Shown one piece after another: positions 38,701 to 49,317 of a DNA stretch of 64,000 nucleotides; within the stretch, counting starts at the first letter, position 1; each line of letters begins with the position of its first letter. The translations under genes were made by a program, and so were the position numbers. The notes below the pieces were generated by a model. The model worked only from the letters and a program-made list of their open reading frames with translations, did not search any database and had not been told where the DNA came from. The stretch is from Chrysomallon squamiferum (lineage: Eukaryota; Animalia; Mollusca), in assembly GCA_012295275.1 (NCBI GenBank), contig CM022667.1, positions 18,538,001 through 18,602,000 on the forward strand, written 5' to 3'.

Positions 38701-41700
38701 GATTTAATAAAGTAAAATAAATAAAATTAACAAAACTAAAACAAAAATTGAAAATAAGGGCCCTTGCAACTAGACCTGAGTGTTTCATCTTCTGATTTTT
38801 GCTACACTGTCAGAGGGTCAATGCTTGCATACCAAATGCAATTTCACCAGCAAAAATGTGAAAATAAGGTCAGTTTGTATTTCCATAAATCATGGTGTTC
38901 ATTGTGTTTGGTGTGCAATCCTAAACATGATGTCTTTTTTCTACATCTCAGAGAGAATAGTGGTGAAATTTACTGCGAAAATAGCATCTAGAATGCAAAG
39001 GCCCAAGACAGCTGTTTGAATAAAATATAAGCTAGAAGATTTGGAAAAAATTATCTTTGTTCCTGAAACAAACTGTTAAATGCATTTGCCACATGTATAC
39101 AAATAACAAAATTAAGTTTGGAATTAAATTAATCAGAAGATTTTTTTATTCAACTGTAACTCTAACTACAAATATCTGTCTTACTGCTCATTCAATCAAA
39201 CCTCAATTGAAAGCAGTTTATAGCTATAAAGTTGAAGTGAAATGTTTCAGTAACAGAAAAATATCAATTTGTTAAAAAAAAACAGGTGGCACGAGACCGT
39301 CCACCAAGACAGGCATATATAGCTCAATCTAAACTTAATTAATATTTACCTCTAAGTCTCTGCTAGGATCTTTAGGAATTACTCCAATCACAGTACTACT
39401 CAGTGTACTTCTACCCAGAAGTCTACTTTTTACCATATTCATACTGCCAAAAAAAAAAAAAAAAAAAATATATATATATAGGGTCATTCCATGTCAAATC
39501 ACCCCCCCCCCCTTGGTGTACTTGTTGACTGAGATCCCACAGCAACAAATCTGAAATTTTAGGCCAACCAGACTAGTGGTGTGGGAGATATGGCCCCCCG
39601 AATTTTGAGATTTTTGGCAAAAATGGGTGTGATCACCAACCTTTAAACCATCATATCTCAGGAACTACTGGGCCGATCTTCATAAAATTGGTATTGTTGA
39701 AAAGGCAATATGACAAGGATTGTGGGGGTCAGTGACCTTTTGACCTTTGTTATGACCTTGAAATTGACCGTGTGAAGCATGTGACCGTGAGATGACCTTT
39801 TTGAAATTTAATCTCCCATATGTTAACTAAAACATATAAAAGTTTCCCAGGTGTAATATTTTTTGTTTAGCCACAATATAGATTTAAAAAATGCACATCC
39901 ATTAAAATAACACCTTTTCTGCCATTAAAACCTGAATGATCAATTCTGGATGCTAGGAATCACCATCTCTCTTGATCACCGAATAAGACATTGTAGGCCT
40001 ACATGTATGCATAAAGTTCACATAAATTTGAGAGAACTAGGTGTTTCTGATGTTTAACCTTCTCACCATCTTTGTTTCAAATGCTCACTGTATCCTTTAC
40101 ATTCTACTGTTCTCGTCACTTTCATAAAATTGGACTATTTCCTCCTTCAATTCATTTGACAGAACTGTCCCTTGTTTCTTATCACAGAGGGCTAGAACCC
40201 CTTTCTCTTTCTTCACCACATGGCTATTTTTCACAAGGTAATTCGTTGTTTCAAATTCATTCATTGCCTTTCAATGGTAAACGGTGACAAAGTCAAGATT
40301 TGCACATGCTCTGGGTAGGATTTGGACTTGTTGAATTTCTCTTTTAACTCCTCCAACATGTTCCTGAAAAAATGAAGGTCCAGTTTTTCTGATGGGTCAC
40401 TTTCCGGAGAATGAAGTGGAATATCATAGACTGTTTCAAGATGTCGTTTTAATGTTACTGTAGCTAATGCTTCCATCCTTTCATTCGTTTACTGGAATAT
40501 GCTAGTGAATGGACTTTAACAGGAGTTTTGCCTAAACTCGACAGGGTAGAATTCAAATCAAAGTCCTTTTCTGGGGAAACAACAACCAGCGGTTTGTCTG
40601 ACAAGTTATCATCAAATTCTCCCATTGTAATACCACCCATACTAAAGCCATCCTCTTCAGGGTTTTGGACCTTTGATTTCTGTAGGCTAATCAAACAGTC
40701 ACAGCACAACTTGTCTCCTGGCACTAGTGTCTTTGGATTTACTAAGCATTTGTAAGTGCCCATGCAAACAATTCCTAAAGAGATCACAACACTTTTTCTG
40801 TAATGTTGAAAACTCGATTAAAAGTTCTTGTTCATGATGTGAACAGATACTCTTGATGTCCCGTGTTTTGATCCCACTTAGAAGAGTGGGGAGTTCGACT
40901 TCCTCAGTTTTCCATACACTTCGCAACAACTCTTTTTGGTATGACAGTGTTGATAACACAATTTTCATGAGAGTAAAAGCTTCATTTAGTCCTGGAAGAA
41001 ATAAGGATTTTCAGTATTGCCTGCACCTTCAATTCAATAGAACAAAGTCAGTGCTTTCCTAAATATCAAATCAAACCCTGAAACCCTTTCAGTAAAGTTA
41101 AGCAGGTCATAAAATGGCAGCAGAGTACATGTGTCATTGTCAAATGCCTACAATGCCCAGCATTTAGGTCACACTTTTCAAGTATAAGTCACAGTTTATC
41201 AAGGTGAAGGTAGACCTTGTTCATACTCTGTGCCAAAGACTGGGTATACAAATACATTATGCAGTACACCACTTGATGAAGTCTGATTTCAGACTCGGTT
41301 GTACTGTTGTTGACTGAAACCTTGTTCAAAACCATTGGCAAGGCCACATGACTTGATAAAATTACTTAGTAGGTTTTATGAAGAAAACATAATGGTTACA
41401 TATCAACATCTGACATTGTGTCCCAACTTGAAAGCTTCAGACTGTCAATGAAATGCAGATGAAGAAACTTCTTTGTCTTAAACTTCTAACTGCAATGTGC
41501 TCAATGTGGATTTCACCAGGGGATTTCAAGCAGTTCCCGACGTGCCTGTTAACCCTTTGAGACTGATTGTGTACAACATATCATGCCATCTGGCATCTTT
41601 TCATATCATTCAGGCATTCCTTCAGACATGTCAGGTGGGTTTTAACTCCAAAGATGAGTTTTTGGTCTCAGAAAAGTGTATACATGTAGAAAATATACTT

Positions 41701-42797
41701 TGTAATGTATTTATCAATCATCCGTGCAGGTATGCATTTTTTAAATCTATATTATGGCTAAATAAAAAATATTACACCCAGGAAACTTTTATATGTTTTA
41801 GTTAACATTTGGGAGATTAAATTTCAATAAAAGTCATCTCAAGGTCACGTGATCCACATGGTCAATTTTAAGGTCATAACAAAGGTCAAAAGGTTAGAAC
41901 TGAACAATAATGGCAGATTTGAAATCCTTGTCATATTGCCTTTTCAACAATACCAATTTTATGAAGATTGGCCCAGTAGCTTCTGAGATATGAGGGTTCA
42001 AAGGTTGGTGGTCATGCCCATTTTTGCCAAAAATCTCAAAATTCGGGGGTACCTTTCTCCGACACCACTGGTCCGATTGGCCTAAAATTTCAGATTTGTT
42101 GCTGTATGATCCCAATCAACAAGTTTACCAAGTTTCATAAAAATCTGAGACGGTCAGGTTTAACCCATTGGGTGATTTGACATATATAAAATTTTCCTTC
42201 AGTTTAAATTTTCTTTTTTATCAACTGAATTACACATATCAAATATGATCTATTTATGTTGTTAGTTTTCTTCTTTTGGTTATGTAACATTTTATCAGAA
42301 ATAGCTCAATTCCTATGTAAAGTTTTTGCTGACTGGAAAATGCAAGTGAGAATATTTAGATTAAATTATTTAAATTAATAAATAAAACAGAAGGAAAACA
42401 GTTTCAATTTTAAATGTTGATGGAAAGAGTCAAGGATCTTTAAATTTTACAAAAAAGATTTGCTGCTATTTTACATAATCGATAAACACAATGAAAACAG
42501 CATAATATTAAAATAATATTTTAATATTTACACCAGCAGCAAAACATATTAATGCTTCAGCCAACACTGTAACAACAGGTACAACTAAACTTAGAAATTG
42601 TCATATAATCCTATTTCTCATCTGTTAAAATTATTCTGATCATTACTTTAATAAACAAACATGACAACATTGTCGTAGACTTGTACTTACTTGCGTGTGC
42701 TTTTAACGGGAATTCGCATAGATGATCCTGGTAGCAGAACATTGTCAGCTACCATAAGTAACGGCAAACGCCTGGGTATTTTGATGGGCGACGCCAT
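26640..42797 (-). CDS. LONP2: Lon protease homolog 2, peroxisomal (17 coding exons, about 842 aa)
   Basis: Exons rebuilt manually with consistent phases: 42691-42797, 39350-39443, 38484-38670 (or 38472-38670), 34086-34198, 33760-33912, 33402-33577, 32852-32950, 32542-32616, 32076-32261, 31399-31546, 31013-31092, 30565-30797, 29671-29912, 28952-29164, 28388-28585, 26972-27082, 26640-26753. N-terminus [29 protein letters not shown] (Lon N domain). Walker [23 protein letters not shown], Walker [10 protein letters not shown]. Catalytic Ser motif KDGPSAG and Lys motif VGGVKEK. C-terminus ...PSSSKL* (PTS1), which distinguishes it from mitochondrial LONP1. Confidence 0.97.
26643..26651 (-). other. 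LONP2: PTS1 peroxisomal targeting tripeptide SKL at the LONP2 C-terminus
   Basis: Reverse complement reads AGC AAA TTA followed by the TGA stop (26640-26642). Confidence 0.95.
27234..27903 (-). mobile_element. Tigger/pogo-family non-autonomous element in LONP2 intron 15
   Basis: TA|CAGTACTACCTTGACTTACGAG ... CTCTTAAGTCAAGGTACCACTG|TA (TIRs with TA target duplication). Retains a CENP-B-type HTH start [41 protein letters not shown]. Confidence 0.9.
30161..30408. repeat. Local 79-bp direct duplication in LONP2 intron 12
   Basis: AAGCACTGCAACTTA.ATATAAAATAAAAAT.ACAATAACC.AGAAAAAGGCATAACATTAACACT..TATTTTGACAA at 30161-30239 and 30330-30408. Confidence 0.85.
30798..31012 (-). other. LONP2: U12-type (minor spliceosome) GT-AG intron, LONP2 intron 11
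   Basis: 5' splice site |GTATCCTTAT. Branch-like TTCCTGAT lies about 11 nt upstream of the AG, with no long polypyrimidine tract. The join restores [13 protein letters not shown]. Confidence 0.8.
34885..35658 (-). mobile_element. Decayed piggyBac-like transposase, C-terminal part, interrupted by the Academ-like element
   Basis: Minus-strand fragments [12 protein letters not shown] (cf. GVDxxDQ..Y), [10 protein letters not shown] (cf. FlDxxlVNAY) and the C-terminal [20 protein letters not shown] (cf. the piggyBac Cys-rich domain ending CFxxYH) occur in the correct order. It may continue at about 37907-38070. Termini not identified. Confidence 0.55.
35659..37906 (-). mobile_element. Academ-like DNA transposon remnant with about 230-bp TIRs, in LONP2 intron 3
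   Basis: Inverted repeats 35659-35892 vs 37681-37906 (TGACCCTGCATTGTTGTATT / AATACAACAATGCAAGGTTA), with flanks GGGT / AGGT. Minus-strand fragments [42 protein letters not shown] and [24 protein letters not shown] (C-terminal Cys-rich finger) fit Academ-type transposases. Multiple stops and frameshifts. Confidence 0.78.
39481..42183 (-). mobile_element. Long-TIR DNA transposon, Sola2-like, internally deleted and decayed, in LONP2 intron 1
   Basis: About 410-450 bp imperfect inverted repeats (39481-39895 vs 41733-42183, e.g. ATGTCAAATCACC / GGTGATTTGACAT). The left terminus GGGTCATTCC follows a (TA)n run. Broken minus-strand frames [40 protein letters not shown]...VQILTLSP and [11 protein letters not shown] resemble Sola2 transposase N-terminal regions. 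No catalytic core is seen. Confidence 0.8.
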
Positions 42798-43019
42798 AAT
42801 TCTTTGGTATGAACTTCGTTCGCTTAAAGGTTACATGATACGGAAACACTCGAAATGTTCCGAATAATATTTATAAACAATGTAACAATGTTTATTTCCG
42901 TCGTAGTCACATGACTACAGGTAGTAGACCGTCACTTATGACATTGGATTTATCATCTGGAAATTGAGTTGCGATTGTAACATTACTAACACGTTAGTAA
43001 CATTCGGTGTTAATTGAGC
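42798..43019. promoter_or_regulatory. Putative bidirectional promoter shared by LONP2 and the F-box/LRR gene
   Basis: Only 222 bp separate the divergent start codons. The segment is locally richer in CpG and has a central palindrome GTAGTCACATGACTAC at 42903-42918 containing the E-box CACATG (TCATGTGA on the other strand). Confidence 0.8.
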
Positions 43020-45395
43020 ATGTCAAAAATATTGCCCACTGAGGTTAGTAGATAACATTTTATTTGCAAATGCATTGTTCCGATGATAAAATGACAGTTA
43101 TTTTATTTATTATTATTTTTTGATATAACTAACAAGTTTTATTTATACTATTGATAGCGTCTGACAATAACAACAATGACATGGCTGTTGTCGTCTGCAT
43201 CAATTAAGGTGTAAGACTGAAACAGAGAAACTTGAAAAACATGTTTTCTGTGTTGCTACCTGCATGTTTTTATTAAGTTACAGCTGCTAACAGGTCTAGA
43301 TTTTCGTACAGATTTGTTACACTATTTGACATTATGTAGACCATTAAATTTTAGAATTATAATGATTATTTTTAAATCAGATAAATATAGAAAATGTATC
43401 CTTAATTCTTTAATTCTTTTTTATATTGTTATTATATTTTCAATTTTTTTTTTTTTTTTTATAGTTATTTTAAAATTTTCATTGCAGGTAATTTCACACA
43501 TTTTAAAATTTCTCAGCGTGTCTGATAGAAAAGAGGCATCATTAGTGTGTGATTCTTGGTATCAAGCTTCATTAGACCCTGTTCTACAAAAAGATTTGGT
43601 TGTTCGTATTTATACATCAGTCCTGTCAGATGAAGATGCCAGACGTCTTAGTAGACGCCATTTATCACATCTTATTCTCAACCATGTGGACAACTCAACA
43701 CGGTCAAAGGATATTTTACTCCGATTCTGTGACAATCTCTCTGACAGTCTACAGACACTGTCACTAAAGGGTTGTGACATCACAGAAACGTTTTTTGTAA
43801 AACTTCTCTCCAAGTGTAAAGATTTAAAACTTCTAGATCTGACTAGCTGTAACTCTTTATTCATGTCAGGGAACATTCTTGAAAAAAACAGTGATATGCA
43901 ATTGCTGAAAAAGTCTTTAAAAAAGGTAGAGGTTCTTGTCCTGTCATCAATCAGGTTTCTGTCAGACGCTTCTTTCAACAGGATGGTTACAGTATGTGCG
44001 AATGTAAAAGAAATCTCACTTGCATCTGCTCACATCATCTTCAGTAATAAGACTTATTATCCTGATGGAATGACAGTCTGTGCCAGTTCGTCTGTTTTAA
44101 CATTCCAGAATATTATCACTTTTATAAAAACAAACTGTTCTAACATCAAGTCAATCAATTTCAGTCGAACCTCTATTAATAATGATTACCTTCATCAGCT
44201 GGCCAAAGTGGATGGTCTAGATTTAAACTCAATAACTTTAATAAACTGCAAAGATCTGACAGATTGTGGCATTGCTAATCTATGCACAAATCAACAAAGC
44301 TTGGAAAAAATTGATTTTAGCTATTGTACTAATATTAGTGATGGTGCAATTGGAGCAGTTAGCAAAAATCTGCCCAATATTCACTACCTGAAAGCCAGCA
44401 ACTGTCCTCAGATAACAGAACAGGCAACATGTTCTCTCAAACACTGTCCAGAGTTAGAAGTGCTTGATCTTTCTGGATGTTCTCATCTTGGCAGCAAAGG
44501 TCTTATCCATGGACTCTGCAGTTACACGCAGTGTCACCTCACATCACTTAACTTGAGCTGTTGCAGCTTATTGACAGATAAATTTATTGTCAAATTGTGT
44601 GGCATCTGTACACATCTCTCTGAACTTGACCTTGGGTCTTGTTTTCTTTTAACTGATCTCAGCATACATGCCATTTCTAAATCTCTGTGCCAGTTACGGT
44701 CATTACGTCTGGCATGGTGTAAAGAAATTTCTGACTTTGGTCTTCTTGGATTCAAATCTGCTGAAGTTCAGAATGGAGACACTCATGCTGAACATGGTGA
44801 TTATGGCCAGTGTAGATGTACTCGGAAGCATTATACTAATGTCTTCCATAAGCCTTCAGGTGTGTTAAAGGAGAAGAAACTCTCAGTAGGTGAAATGGAA
44901 GAACAGTTAAAGACCAGTGAAGAAATATTTCAGCTATGCAATATCACTGGTCTCAGGTCTTTAGATCTGATGGCTTGTTCCAAGTTAACTGAGGCAGGCA
45001 TTAAACAGGCTATCAGATTTCCTGATCTCAAGATTCTCAAACTTAGCATGATTCACAGTCTCTCTGATGCTGGTGTCATTGCTGTTGCTGAAGCCAATCC
45101 AAGTCTTGAAGAAATCCATTTCTCTCAGTGTCCTGAGATTTCAGACTGGAGTATAGAATTTCTTACTAAGAAATGCTTGCGTCTCAAGCATATCAACATG
45201 TCCAGTTGTGACAAGGTGACTAATCAAGCCATCAGTTACATCACAGATAACTGCAAACTGCTAAGATATCTGGATGTATCATTTTGTAACAGAATTGATT
45301 ATAGTTCAGTTCAGACATTAGAGTCTAATTTGAAAAGTCTGCAGTCTGTTCAGAAATGTTTCATAGGTGGTGGCATTGAAGCTAGTACTATATAA
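43020..45395 (+). CDS. F-box/leucine-rich repeat protein, FBXL9/LRRC29-like (2 coding exons, 643 aa)
   Basis: Exon 1 is 43020-43043 (ATG...GAG|gttagt, MSKILPTE). Exon 2 is 43488-45395 (ttgcag|GTA...). The join gives the F-box LPTEVISHILKFLSVSDRKEASLVCDSWYQAS, followed by many cysteine-containing LRRs (LDLSGCSHL, LNLSCCSLLTD, LDLGSCFLLTD, LRLAWCKEISD). The first 58 aa of the 693-aa ORF-track call are intronic. The FBXL9/LRRC29 assignment rests on recalled similarity of the F-box and is not certain. Confidence 0.92.
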
Positions 45396-47726
45396 AAATG
45401 TTATACACTGACATTTTCCCATTTTTTTGTCATATTTTATAACGTATTACAGTTCTTTCACTAAATATATAGTATTAAATTGATATTGTATCTCTAAATG
45501 AACATTTAAAAGCATGCGTACAAAGACACTGTAACTGTACATATACACTTGCAGAGGTCTTACGAGTCTGCCCACCATTCAATGGCAATAGCACAATATC
45601 CACCTCCCGTTTATTTAGACTGTCATTTTGTATAATATATTAAACAGACACTTTGATTTTATTTAATTGCTAGTAAAAATATACTTGAACTTTGAAAATT
45701 TTCTAGAAAACCCCACCCAATTGTATCCACATAACCATGTTTTATTATTATTATCTATCAGTTAGAATTATTATTAAGAAGCAAAAAGTTGAAGTTACTA
45801 AGATTAATATTTTTTAATTTTATATTTTAAATTTTTCATTCATTTATTTTATTAAAAAAAAAAAAAAATTATGTTTAATAATTAAAAACTTATTTATAAT
45901 TATTGTTAAAGATTTAGCTGAAGCATGACAATTATTATTCATTTTCCTTCAAATAAATTACTGATATATCTATTACTGTGTGTTGTATTTCTGTTTTCAC
46001 AGATGCAGTAAAAATCAAAGTTAACCCTTGATTTCCGGTTTGAAAATTACATATAGTAATTTAAATTTTTTTTTTTTTTTTTTTTTAAAAAGAAAAAAGA
46101 AAACAGTTTACATACACAACCATACAACATTGATTATTCAAACTCAGTGAAATATACATTTTTATAGTAGACTGGAGTGGAGTGGAACTTTGTTGTTTAA
46201 TTCAATTCATACAGATGTTTAAAAAATTAAATTTATATTATTTTAAGCTGAGAAAATTTTAGATTAGAAAGTGAAATTTTAATGATAGTTCAATACTGAT
46301 GTTTAAAAAATTCAAATTTATTATTTTAAAGAGAAGTTTCTGTCATCTAAATCATTCATGTAACAATGAACAGTGTATTTTTGTGAAATATTCTTTACTA
46401 ACTTCTGACTACAAACAATCCAAATTTTTGATATTTAATTTTTAACTGTCTTTATAGGTTGATTTGTTGATAAAGAAAGCAGGGCTAAAAGTTTGATTGT
46501 TTAAAAGGTCCATTTATTTTAATAATAATAAAAACAAATATTTAAAAATTATAATAATAAATGGACTAAGAAGAACAATTATGGTAATCATTTTCATAAT
46601 TTTTCAGTTTTTGTCAAGGTTGTTGTTTAGAAAAAGAAAAAAAATTACTAAGATATCAATAACTAAGGCAGAGATTACTGGAGTAAATACTTATTTATTT
46701 AGTGAACATACTACTAATTAACAAATAAATCACTACCAAAGAAGACAAGGCCTTTAATAGCAACAGTGGTAATTTTATGAAAGGATTGATCTACAAATTT
46801 TTATTTTAAAGATTTGGAATAAATTTATGTTTGTTGTTTTTTTGATTTTTATTCTACAAGAAACTGGTTTACATTTTAATTTCTAATTTTTACATTAGTA
46901 GGGAATTGGTTTACTTTTTTTTTTAGAAGATTTGTAACAATAGTATGCTACTTTTTGTAATTTTACCCTTCATGCTAACACAAAAATTATCAAAATATGG
47001 ATGCAAAAAAATAAAAAATAATGATAATAAAATAAATAAATAAAATAAAATAAAAAATAAATAATAAAGTGTATATAATTCTGTGTGCCCTTGTGTGTTT
47101 TGGTATGTATGAGGGTAGTGTTTGGTGCTTCATTAAAATAGTTTTCCATTCTAAAGAATTATTTTAAAACAAGAAAAAGCAAACTGTCAGATTTCACCAA
47201 ATGAATTTTTTTTTATTAGCATTTTCAACAAATTCTGTTGGCTTTATATTCAAAGAATCACAAGATTTTATCACTTCTCTGAAAACAGAAGCAACAGTTA
47301 GTCTTAGAATTTTGAAAGACAGAGAAATTTATCCAGATTTTTCAGTTTATCATGTTTTTGATATGTGAGAAGCAACAGAGAATGTTTGACTCATTTTGGT
47401 GAAACACTACATGATTCACAGCTTTATATGAAAATGTTAGAATCATATAGTTTTAAAGCTTTTGTTTTTTTCAGACTTAAAGCAACACACAAGTTGATGT
47501 GATCACATTTAGAACAGGAACTTAGAACGGTACTGAAAACAGGTATTTTAAAAGGAAATAATTTTATATTTTTATTATTTAAAAGAAAAAAAAGGCTTTC
47601 ATCAGAATGAAAGAAGAGACTTTCAGAGACATTTTTCTCTTAAATACATTACTTATCTGGTTTGTCATTATCAGATATAGTGTGTATAATTCAAACACTA
47701 ACTGCAAAATATGAATTATTTTTATA

Positions 47727-48224
47727 CAGTGGAACCTCTGGTTATGTACATCTCAAAGCATGAACCGTGATCTTGGGCAATTTTTGTCTCGGTTTACAAT
47801 TAATGTCCCAAGTTATGAACTACAGCAATGTGCCATGACAAGCTTTCTTTTGACATCAGTAAAGATAAGAACAGATGCTTATGTCAAAACCGAGGTCAAA
47901 GTAAGGATTATAGGCATGCCCTATAGCAAATATATATCATTAATTAGGCCTTTAGTCTTCGATTCGCAGTTGCAGCTCAATAGCTTTTGCACTGAGATTG
48001 TGCACTTCCATTTTTATAGAATATATTTTTTATTATACCCTAACCAATATGGCACCCAAGAAACAAAAAGTGAAAGTGATAATGCTGGTGGAAAGTATAA
48101 ACATATCACAGTAGAGGTTAAGAAAGAAATAACTGCAAAACATGAGAGTGATGTTCATGCGTCTGACATTGCTTTGGTTTATGAGTTCTGGAACAAATTA
48201 AGCTCGTAACCTGATGTTCCACTG
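47727..48224 (+). mobile_element. Tigger/pogo-family non-autonomous element of a different subfamily
   Basis: TA|CAGTGGAACCTCTGGTTATG ... CGTAACCTGATGTTCCACTG|TA. Frameshifted HTH start MAPKK / ITVEVKKEITAKHESDVHASDIALVY. Confidence 0.82.
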
Positions 48225-48584
48225 TACTGAGTTGTTTACATTATTTAGATGTTTTTGTTTTGTACTCAGTTTTATAGAAAAATCTGTAATTTAAGAAATA
48301 ATGTTTGATACCTTTCAAAATATTACTCTGAATATAGTTTATGTCCATCTCTCTGCATTAAAGATGCAAACACAAACTCTAAATAAAATGTTAACAACAG
48401 ATTAATAATTTAAAAATTGGTCATTCTATGAAAAATAACAGTAACTTATTTGTATCAAAGAGTTTCTCAAACTAACATTTGCTAGACTGTTTCATATTTT
48501 TAATGAACTTTGTACCATTTTATACTCACCTATAAAGCAGGTTGTAATTTCATCCATTCCTTATCTCAAATAAAAATATATATA

Positions 48585-49317
48585 CAGTGATACTGTGACT
48601 TACAAGTTTAATTCGTTCATGGTCGAGCTTGTAACTCAATTTCCTTGTTTATCAAATCAATTTTCCCCAAGTGAAATTTATTGAATTAGGATTAATCTGT
48701 TCCTGCCCCCCAATTATTTGTAACGTGTTTTTAAATAAGAAAAATGTATTTATAAATGACAAATATTGTATAAAAACCAAATAAAATAGAATGTAAAGAA
48801 ATAAATTGGTTTTGTAATATGTACAGGGTTATGTTTTTTTTATCTTTTTGTGGACAAAAGCCTGCAGCTTAGAAATTATTTTAATGCCTTTTGCTGGAGT
48901 TATAGCCTTTATCAACTCCTTCTGCTTCAGTATGGTACATATCATAGAAGTACTATGCTCATCCTGCCTGATCAAGTTAACTAAATGCACACCTCGCAAG
49001 TTTTTCTATGATTTCATGCTTTAATTCAATCAACATCATCTGCTTCTTCTTCTCAGCATTATCTTAGGATCCATGGTCAGAAAAAAGAAAACTGGCAAAA
49101 TACTGCACAAAACAACAGAGATGCTTCCACAGCAAGATAACCATGAGAAGTAAACGACTGAGACACGGGATACTAGGCAAATTTTGAGTTGTTCGTTGCG
49201 CCAACTAGCTCATAACTCAGATTTTGGCTCACAACTCAAAGCTGAACATTGACTGGGCAACTGCTCATAACTCAGAAAATTTGTAAGTTGGTGCACTCAT
49301 AAGTCAAGGTACCACAG
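48585..49317 (-). mobile_element. Second copy of the same Tigger/pogo element family
   Basis: TA|CAGTGATACTGTGACTTACAAG ... CTCATAAGTCAAGGTACCACAG|TA. Shares internal blocks with 27234-27903 (TTTTAAATAAGAAAAATGTATTTATAAATGACAAA, ACATCATCTGCTTCTTCTTCTCAGCA, GGCAAAATACTGCACAAAAC). Confidence 0.88.

Noticed and set aside
43314-43487. Hydrophobic N-terminal 58 aa of the 693-aa ORF, which looks like a transmembrane segment
   Set aside because: It is the T-rich 3' end of intron 1; the real start is the 8-codon exon at 43020 that completes the F-box.
43610-44755. Antisense ORFs over the F-box gene, and plus-strand ORFs over LONP2 and IPO4 exons
   Set aside because: Shadow frames of real coding exons with no independent motifs.
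47760-48209. 149-aa ORF as a host gene
   Set aside because: It lies entirely within a TIR-bounded Tigger-like element, and only its end matches a frameshifted transposase HTH.
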